A DNA stretch of 64,000 nt from Candidatus Bathyarchaeia archaeon (GTDB lineage Archaea; Thermoproteota; Bathyarchaeia; Bathyarchaeales; Bathycorpusculaceae). The notes below the pieces were generated by a model. It ran no database searches. It worked only from the letters and a program-made list of their open reading frames with translations, and was not told the DNA's origin. A program made the position numbers and the translations under genes. The DNA is taken from NCBI GenBank assembly GCA_038727135.1, contig JAVYWL010000003.1, positions 1 through 64,000 of the forward strand. The letters are read 5' to 3'. This document shows, piece by piece, positions 57,113 through 64,000 of the stretch (the first letter of the stretch is position 1; each line of letters starts with the position of its first letter).

Positions 57113-58108
57113 ATGGGAAAAGCCAAGGTTAAGGCTCTGGCACTTTTTTCTGGCGGTTTAGACAGCAGCCTAGCCATAAAACTGATTCAAGAGCAGGGCA
57201 TAACCGTCGAAGCCATAACTTTTCTGACACCCTTCTACTCGGCTAGGGCTGGCGGTTTCAGCCTTGAAAGGGCTGCCCAACAGTTGGGCGTGCCGTTGAA
57301 AATTGTGCGTTTAGGCTTGGAATATTTGCGGGTTGTCCGCAAGCCCAAGCATGGTTATGGGCGGCACATGAACCCATGCATAGACTGCCACATATACATG
57401 CTGAAAAAGGCTAAAAGGTACGCCAAACAGATAGGAGCAGACTTCATAGTTACTGGCGAGGTTTTGGATGAGCGCCCCATGTCCCAACACATGAAAGCCC
57501 TAAAAATTGTGGAGGAAGAATCCAGCCTAAAAGGTAGGCTTCTAAGACCACTATCAGCCAAGCTTTTGCCGCCAACAATGGTTGAAAAGATGGGGCTTGT
57601 GGACAGAAGCAAACTGCTAGACATTCGTGGGAGGTCTCGAAAGAGGCAACTAGCCCTAGCAAAGGCTTACGGCATAACAGAGTACCAGTCCCCCGGCGGC
57701 GGATGCCTCCTAACCTACAAAGAGTTTTCGGCTAAGCTCCGCGACTTGCTCCAGCACAAAAAGAGAATTTCAATGGCGGATTTGGAGCTGCTGAAGGTTG
57801 GACGCCACTTCCGACTTGGCAAAAACAAGATAATCGTGGGAAGAAACAAGGAAGAAAACGAGAAGCTCTTGAAGCTTAAAGGCAGAAACGACTATTTTTT
57901 TGAGGCTGTTGGCACTGGAAGTCCCATCACGCTTCTGCAAGGACCAAAAACAAGGCAAGCCGTAGAAAAAGCCGCCCAACTAACAGCCTACTACTCAGAT
58001 CAAAAAACAGACAAAGTCCGCGTGAGGTACGGCAGAACAAAACCAGAAAAAGGCATAATGGTGGAAAGACCAAACAAGGAAGAAGTGGAACAACTGCGAA
58101 TAAAATAA
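57113..58108 (+). CDS. PP-loop tRNA sulfurtransferase-like protein (ThiI/MnmA-related) with C-terminal RNA-binding domain
   Basis: FSGGLDS, NPCIDC, TGEV...RPMSQ, GGCLLT, GRHFR. Confidence 0.8.
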   Translation: MGKAKVKALALFSGGLDSSLAIKLIQEQGITVEAITFLTPFYSARAGGFSLERAAQQLGVPLKIVRLGLEYLRVVRKPKHGYGRHMNPCIDCHIYMLKKAKRYAKQIGADFIVTGEVLDERPMSQHMKALKIVEEESSLKGRLLRPLSAKLLPPTMVEKMGLVDRSKLLDIRGRSRKRQLALAKAYGITEYQSPGGGCLLTYKEFSAKLRDLLQHKKRISMADLELLKVGRHFRLGKNKIIVGRNKEENEKLLKLKGRNDYFFEAVGTGSPITLLQGPKTRQAVEKAAQLTAYYSDQKTDKVRVRYGRTKPEKGIMVERPNKEEVEQLRIK

Positions 58109-58117
58109 ACCTTCTAT

Positions 58118-58595
58118 TTATTGCGACTCTGTTCCTTCTACAATAGCGTTACATATTGTGTTGAAATCTTCTTCGGTTATGTTTATTATGGAAACTTGGA
58201 GATATTGATTCCATGTTCTTCCCTTGTCTGCTATAAAAACAATGTTGTCTATTAAGTTGGGTTTAATCCACTTAGCTTTGTTGCCCTCCTTTTCTGTGGA
58301 GAACGATATTCTCGGGGGGTTTACTTTCATGTAAAATCTTGAACCTAATTCGATAGGGAAACAAGTACTTGCTCCGCCCTTTTGTCCATCCAAGCTCTTC
58401 TTCACTGTAAAAATATTCGCCCACAAACTCTATTACTGCCACAAATTTTCCGCCATGCGTATAAACAACAGCTTTGTCCCCGCTTTTAAGAAATTTGTTC
58501 AAGGTAACAAAATATCGCGCATCCATTCCCCAAACGCCGTATTTTTTACATATTTCCCAATTTTTAGCTGATGTAGATACGCACCAATACCTCAT
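58118..58595 (-). pseudogene. EVE-domain protein, frameshifted at a C6 run
   Basis: MRYWCV...NWEIC...VWG...GDKAVVY EVE signature; C-terminal ITEEDFNTI in the second frame. Confidence 0.75.
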
Positions 58596-58743
58596 GGTGT
58601 ATTACCTTTTTTTACCTAAAGACTATGCAATACGCAAACTAAAAATTTTGAGTAGAATCTCGGATTATCTATCTCAAACATTGAAAAATTCTAGAGGGGA
58701 CTATCAATTTTGCAGTTCGTCGCCAGCAGCAAAATTGACATTT

Positions 58744-59664
58744 TTATAGGCGTTTCTCGAAGACTATGGCTTTTGTTTCCGGCATTTTGAAGCCAAGCTT
58801 CTCTAAGGCGTATGTTATGGGCTTATGGTTGCACGTGAAACCGTAAACTTTCTTTATGCCTTTTGCTTGGCAGTATCCTAAAAGAAACTTTGCCATATCC
58901 AAAGCTGCCTCAAAGTCTCCGTCAATGTAGCATGTTTGGATGGAGTGTTCACGCCATTCTCTGGAAACGGCATCATCCACTAAAATCAAACCCTCAACAG
59001 CTCCATATTCGCAGCTATAAGTTATGGCTTTTCCCTGCTCAATGAAGCGTTCCAAGCCACGCCTATCCAAAGAATACCATTGATAAAGAACAGTGTATAA
59101 GCCCGCAGCCAGCCTATAAACTTCTGAAGACTGCAAATAAAGCCAAACATCATCGAGTTGGCTTAGGCTCGCCCAGCAAGAAGAGGCAGAGCCACCCCCA
59201 CCAGAAACTTTTTCAAGAGTCATTTCAACAAATTCTGCAACAGGCTTGAAGCCCATCTTCTGAACGGCAGTCAAAGCTGCCACATTATCAGACTCGGTAA
59301 CAAGCCTAGCCACCCCAACGCCCATGCGCTTGGCATATTCGAGACACTTCTCAGTTATGGCTGTTGCAACACCCATACGCCTATACTTTGGCGCTGTTCT
59401 GGCACCGCTAAGCCAAGCCTCACCCGGCTTGTCAATGGTTATGTGTTGTATGCCAATGGGTGCATCGTTCAAAGTGGCTACGAAAACCTTGCCGTTGGGC
59501 TCTCTAAGCCACTTGTCCCAGACGTACGGGATATAGTCACCCCAGCTCCAAGTGTGGCGGCAAAACTCGAAAACTGCCTCTCGATCAGCCTCGCAAGCTT
59601 CACGGACATGGATGGGCAGCTTTGCTTTGGCGCTGTTCATTGCAGTTCCGCAGCCAACATGCAT
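58744..59664 (-). CDS. GNAT acetyltransferase (tandem domain)
   Basis: YRRMGVA motif A, NVAA...KMGF. Confidence 0.85.
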   Translation of the reverse strand: MHVGCGTAMNSAKAKLPIHVREACEADREAVFEFCRHTWSWGDYIPYVWDKWLREPNGKVFVATLNDAPIGIQHITIDKPGEAWLSGARTAPKYRRMGVATAITEKCLEYAKRMGVGVARLVTESDNVAALTAVQKMGFKPVAEFVEMTLEKVSGGGGSASSCWASLSQLDDVWLYLQSSEVYRLAAGLYTVLYQWYSLDRRGLERFIEQGKAITYSCEYGAVEGLILVDDAVSREWREHSIQTCYIDGDFEAALDMAKFLLGYCQAKGIKKVYGFTCNHKPITYALEKLGFKMPETKAIVFEKRL

Positions 59665-59699
59665 AGCTTATTAACAAAACAAGAGCTATTTAACATTGA

Positions 59700-60599
59700 A
59701 TGTCGGCTGAAACCGCAGTTAAAGTCTTCAAAAGCTTGGAAAGCCAAGACCTCCGCATACTCCAAGTCATAGAAGCCGCCATGACAAAACATGAATTTGT
59801 CCCAAAAGAAATAATCATAAAATACTCAAAATTCAACGAGGAAGAAGCCACCTTTAGGCTGGATAGACTGCACAAGTTTCGCCTAATCCGCCAAACAAAA
59901 CAACCCTACCAAGGCTATACGCTAAACTATGCGGGCTACGACTGCCTAGCCATAAACGCCTTCGTAAAAGCCGGAATCCTAGAAGCCTTCGGCAAACCAT
60001 TAGGCGTTGGAAAAGAGGCAGACGTCTACGACGCTTTAACACCAGAAGGCGAACGCATAGCCATAAAATTCCACCGCCTAGGAAGAATAAGCTTCCGACA
60101 AACCCGAATAAAACGAGGATGGACAACGGAAGACGTCAACTGGCTGTTGCGCTCAAGAAAAGCCGCAGAAAAAGAATACCAAGCCCTAAAGCTTGTTTAC
60201 CCAAAAGGCGTAGCTGTGCCAAAACCCATAAGCCAAAACCGCCACGCCATAGCCATGGGCGCCATACAAGGAGCAGAACTAGCAGAATACCACGAAATCC
60301 CAAAACCAGAAAAAGTGCTAAAAGAAATCCTCGACAACATTAGAAAAGCCTACCTAAAAGCCGGAGTAATCCACGCAGACCTAAGCGAATATAACATAAT
60401 CCTAAAACCAGACAACCACATCCTAATAATAGACTGGCCCCAATACGTAACAAAGGAGCACCCAAACGCCCAGCAACTACTAAGGCGAGACATTGAAAAC
60501 ATAACAAACTTCTTCAAGCGAAAACACTTACTGCTCGAAGTAGACGCGGACAAAGCATTAGCCTACGTAACCGGCGAAACACGGAAACCTACTTTTTAA
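59700..60599 (+). CDS. rio2: RIO2-family serine/threonine kinase
   Basis: N-terminal wHTH, GVGKEADVY, KFHRLGRISF, HADLSEYN, IDWPQ. Confidence 0.95.
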   Translation: MSAETAVKVFKSLESQDLRILQVIEAAMTKHEFVPKEIIIKYSKFNEEEATFRLDRLHKFRLIRQTKQPYQGYTLNYAGYDCLAINAFVKAGILEAFGKPLGVGKEADVYDALTPEGERIAIKFHRLGRISFRQTRIKRGWTTEDVNWLLRSRKAAEKEYQALKLVYPKGVAVPKPISQNRHAIAMGAIQGAELAEYHEIPKPEKVLKEILDNIRKAYLKAGVIHADLSEYNIILKPDNHILIIDWPQYVTKEHPNAQQLLRRDIENITNFFKRKHLLLEVDADKALAYVTGETRKPTF

Positions 60600-60828
60600 G
60601 CGCATCCAAAACAATGTAGAGAATGTTATTACCCCTAAGCAAAACACTCCCATAATTGGCTATTGGCTGCTCGTCCCTACACTCGGTGGCCCCTTCCAAG
60701 AGAATATTCATGTGCCCATCACATTTAATCATCTTACCCTTATACTCACAGCCATTCTTCAAAACAACAGCAATATTGGCATTCAACTGCTTAACCAAGA
60801 CATTCAAAGGCTTCTTGCTAGGCTCCAT
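60589..60828 (-). CDS. Sm-like (Lsm) protein
   Basis: LKNG...G...DGHMNILL, LLRGNNI. Confidence 0.92.
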   Translation of the reverse strand: MEPSKKPLNVLVKQLNANIAVVLKNGCEYKGKMIKCDGHMNILLEGATECRDEQPIANYGSVLLRGNNILYIVLDALKK

Positions 60829-60926
60829 AACAGCACCCTACATCAAACTATAATCCACATTAACGCAACATATAAAAGTTTATCCTCAAAAGATCCGCTT
60901 TTAAAGTGTTTCGTTCCCCATTATCC

Positions 60927-61346
60927 CTAAGTAAGGTTTTCCCATTCATGAATAATAAGGTAAGCTCCTACAATGTGAGTAATCACCAGCAATACCGTTA
61001 AGGTAACAAGATTTTGAAAGCGTGTCAAAGAGTAAACTAAAAATATTGTGTTAAGGACCGACAGCATCAAACCCAGCCCTGCTGCAAATTTAATTCCAAA
61101 AATAAGGAGCAAAGCTGTTGCAAACTCAAGTGTTGTAACAAATAAAAGATGAGGAGAAAAAATAACAGCCAAAAGGATAGCGTTTAAGAAATAGATTCCA
61201 GCGGAAACTAGCAGTAAAGGAGTCATGTGAAGATGAAAAAGCCTTCTACCACAATGAGGACAATAATTATATTTTTTAGGAACAACTTCCCCGCAGTTGT
61301 GACAAACAGTATACTCCTCATCTTCCTTTTCGCTCATCTCAAACAT
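60927..61346 (-). CDS. zinc-ribbon membrane protein
   Basis: CHNC...CPHC followed by about 4 TM helices. Confidence 0.7.
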   Translation of the reverse strand: MFEMSEKEDEEYTVCHNCGEVVPKKYNYCPHCGRRLFHLHMTPLLLVSAGIYFLNAILLAVIFSPHLLFVTTLEFATALLLIFGIKFAAGLGLMLSVLNTIFLVYSLTRFQNLVTLTVLLVITHIVGAYLIIHEWENLT

Positions 61347-61473
61347 TAAACCTCTAACTAAGTGTTAAACGGTTCTTTAAACTTATAAACTCAAATATTT
61401 TATACCATAAAAACAAGAGACCTTTTCCAAAAATTAAAATCCTTAAACACTTAGCCTTATAGCGGAGAAAACC

Positions 61474-63012
61474 ATGCATAAAGTGCAAATAGACGGAGAA
61501 ACCCTAACCATCGAAGACATCGTAAAAGTTGCCTATAACAAGGCTAAAGTTGTCATCCCAGAAAAAGTTAAAGCCCGTGTGAAGACGTGTCGAGAATTCT
61601 TGGAGAAACTTTTAGAAAAAGGTGAAGTAATTTACGGCGTGAACACTGGTTTTGGAGCACTAAGCGACGCAAAAATTTCCGAGCAAGAGCTTAAACAGCT
61701 TCAAACAAACCTTATTAGAAGTCATGCTGCCGGCGTTGGAAAACCCCTAAGCACAGAAGTTGTTAGGGCTACCATGCTTTTGAGGGCAAACACACTAGCG
61801 AAGGGATATTCTGGCATACGCTTGGAAACTCTAGAAACTTTGGTGGAGATGCTTAACCGAGGCGTCCACCCGATAATACCGGAGAAGGGCTCAGTGGGCG
61901 CAAGCGGAGACTTGGCACCACTATCTCACATAGTTCTTGTGCTCATGGGCGAAGGCGAAGCCGAATACAAAGGCAAAATAATGAGTGGAAAAGAGGCAAT
62001 GGAAAAAGCTGGAATAAAGCCCATTCAGCTGGAAGCCAAGGAGGGCATAGCCCTAAACAACGGAACACAACTAATGACAGCCATAGCCGCCCTGACAGTG
62101 CACAGAGCGGAAAACCTGATAAAAACAGCGGAAATAGCCGCCGCCATGTCAATGGAGGCACTCCTAGGCGTTTCAGACGCCCTAGACGAAAAAATCCACA
62201 ACGTTAGACCCCACAAGGGACAAGCAACAACAGCCAAAAACATGAGATGGCTAATCTCAGGAAGCAAACTCATCCAAACCGGCAAAGAGGCAATAGCGAA
62301 AATTGGGCGCCCCCACGACCCCTACAGCCTAAGATGCACACCACAAGTTTTAGGTGCCGCCAGAGACGCCATAGAATATGCAAGAAAAATAGTTGAAGCG
62401 GAAATAAACTCGGCAACAGACAACCCCCTAATATTTCCAGAAACCGGCGAATGCCTTTCAGGAGGAAACTTCCACGGACAACCAATAGCACTGGCAATGG
62501 ACACCCTCGGAATAGCCCTAACAATAATCGGCAACATCTCAGAAAGGCGAATCTTCCGCCTCCTAGACGAAAAACTAAACAACGGCTTACCATCTTTCCT
62601 AGCATCACCACAAGCAAAGAGGGGCTTAAACAGTGGCTTAATGACAGCCCAATATACGGCGGCAGCCTTAGCCTCAGAAAACAAGGTTTTAGCGCATCCG
62701 GCATGCGTAGACTCGATACCAACATCAGCAAACTTCGAAGACTTCGTAAGCATGGGAACAACAGCAGCCCAAAAAGCCATGCAAATACTGGAAAATACGG
62801 AATACATAATAGCCATAGAACTCCTCTGCGCAGCCCAAGCAATAGAATACCGCGAACCAGAAAAACTCGGAAAAGGAACCAAAAAAGCCTACAAAAAAAT
62901 AAGGAAAACAGTGCCGCCACTAATAGAGGACAGACCCCTAAACCAAGACATAGAAAAACTAAAAACAATAGTCAAGAAAGGAACATTAGCTAAAGAATTA
63001 TCTACATCATAG
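61474..63012 (+). CDS. hutH: histidine ammonia-lyase
   Basis: YGVNTGFG, LIRSH, GASGDL (MIO), YSLRC, GGNFHG. Confidence 0.92.
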   Translation: MHKVQIDGETLTIEDIVKVAYNKAKVVIPEKVKARVKTCREFLEKLLEKGEVIYGVNTGFGALSDAKISEQELKQLQTNLIRSHAAGVGKPLSTEVVRATMLLRANTLAKGYSGIRLETLETLVEMLNRGVHPIIPEKGSVGASGDLAPLSHIVLVLMGEGEAEYKGKIMSGKEAMEKAGIKPIQLEAKEGIALNNGTQLMTAIAALTVHRAENLIKTAEIAAAMSMEALLGVSDALDEKIHNVRPHKGQATTAKNMRWLISGSKLIQTGKEAIAKIGRPHDPYSLRCTPQVLGAARDAIEYARKIVEAEINSATDNPLIFPETGECLSGGNFHGQPIALAMDTLGIALTIIGNISERRIFRLLDEKLNNGLPSFLASPQAKRGLNSGLMTAQYTAAALASENKVLAHPACVDSIPTSANFEDFVSMGTTAAQKAMQILENTEYIIAIELLCAAQAIEYREPEKLGKGTKKAYKKIRKTVPPLIEDRPLNQDIEKLKTIVKKGTLAKELSTS

Positions 63013-63017
63013 ATTAA

Positions 63018-63199
63018 TGGTCGGGCGGGCAGGATTTGAACCTGCGACACTCCGGTTTCTGCACCCGCATGTACGCTTGGTAGGCTGGGTGACGCCCACC
63101 AGAACGGCAAACGCCGTCTATGGTAGGCGTCTACAGCATCTCCGTCTGCCGAACCATGCCGGCAGACTCGGAAGCTCTACCAAGCTGAGCTACCGCCCG
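63018..63199 (-). tRNA. tRNA-Tyr(GTA) with two introns (30/31 and 37/38) and encoded CCA
   Basis: Exons 63199-63169, 63137-63131 and 63056-63018 join to a 77-nt cloverleaf with C1:G72 and A73; bulge-helix-bulge-type junctions. Confidence 0.9.
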
Positions 63200-63252
63200 C
63201 CTTCAAGTTTTAAATGAGAATAAAATACTGATTTATATGTTTCGTGGTTCAG

Positions 63253-63375
63253 CTACCACTTAGATTTTTTAGAGACTTTAAGCCAAAGCGCACCCCAAAT
63301 TATGGCAAAGGCTATGGTTGTCCAGAAAATAAACAACAACATTTTAACGGCTTCTGATGCCATCTCCTCAAACAT
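63253..63375 (-). CDS. 40-aa single-TM small protein
   Basis: MFEEMASEAVKMLLFIFWTTIAFAIIWGALWLKVSKKSKW; purine-rich upstream; below the ORF track cutoff. Confidence 0.5.
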   Translation of the reverse strand: MFEEMASEAVKMLLFIFWTTIAFAIIWGALWLKVSKKSKW

Positions 63376-63560
63376 CTCAAACCCTTCTCCGATTAAAATG
63401 CAACGTTTAAAAGTTTAAAAGCCAAGTTTCCACGCATGAAATAAACCCTCAAACAGCCATATTTTGAAGGAGGATATATGCCAACACTAACAGTAAGCCA
63501 TTTATAAAAAGTCAAACTAAAACTAAACCAGCCAGAAGGGAGAAAGGGAGAAGGCTTCCA

Positions 63561-64000
63561 TCACCTCTTCCTTCCAAAACTATACGACTCAAAATTGCGG
63601 CTTTTTCCCCTCAAATCATAACCATAATACCAGGCAGTCCAACCCCTATAGAAGGCTTCCTCACTAGCTTTCCTCCTTCGCCTAATCCTACGATAAACCA
63701 AAACACACAACAAAATGATAAACGAAATCAAAATAACCAACAAAACTAAATAAAGCCACTCAACCCACCGCGCACCATAATGAGCCGTAGCCGTGTGGGG
63801 ACCATCCATAAAAACAACTATCTGATAAACACCAGCAGGCCTAGAAACACCATCAACATCCCAATGGCTAAAATCATAACCTCTAACAGGCGGAGCGGAC
63901 AAAGAAACATTAACACAAGCATCATACCAACCCTCCCCAGGAATCACAGCAATACCAGCAGGAGAAGTCTTCACAGATAAAAAGTACTGGAGAGTGTAAT
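63561..64000 (-). CDS. C-terminal part of a membrane-anchored surface protein (partial)
   Basis: Frame open to the window edge; GEGWYD...YDFSHWDVDG...MDGPHTATAHY beta repeat, TM and basic tail. Confidence 0.75.
   Translation of the reverse strand, partial: YTLQYFLSVKTSPAGIAVIPGEGWYDACVNVSLSAPPVRGYDFSHWDVDGVSRPAGVYQIVVFMDGPHTATAHYGARWVEWLYLVLLVILISFIILLCVLVYRRIRRRRKASEEAFYRGWTAWYYGYDLRGKSRNFESYSFGRKR

Noticed and set aside
61943-62993. Long alternative ORFs over hutH (also 38714-39328, 49992-50624, 13204-13812, 11940-12293)
   Set aside because: Antisense or off-frame shadows of well-supported genes, favoured by skewed composition; no recognisable motifs.
63057-63130. Third nested intron or C/D-box guide inside tRNA-Tyr intron 2
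   Set aside because: The putative inner BHB needs a C-C mismatch in the central helix, and no CTGA or RTGATGA boxes are present.

Overview
Archaeal chromosomal window. rps30e, gatD/gatE, Elp3, Rio2, Lsm, intron-containing tRNA and a PEF-CTERM protein are present; gene content looks most like Bathyarchaeia, which is inference only. 0.2-4.4 kb: oxidoreductase, FGGY kinase and form IV RuBisCO-like protein. About 4.4-31.9 kb: accessory island ending at tRNA-Leu(CAG). It carries surface/secreted proteins, small membrane proteins, a VapBC pair, a 12-kb glycosylation cluster and a plasmid-like core (wHTH repressor, AbrB, primase-helicase, tyrosine integrase); short repeats mark its module boundaries. 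32-64 kb: mostly core genes, including an uncharacterised quartet of beta-hairpin + winged-helix paralogs beside a stand-alone NurA-HerA pair, ABC transporters, a second VapBC, pyrH, hutH and a tRNA-Tyr split by two introns around a 7-nt anticodon exon. Several single-base frameshifts may be real or may be assembly errors. All calls come from motif reading by eye; no database searches were run.
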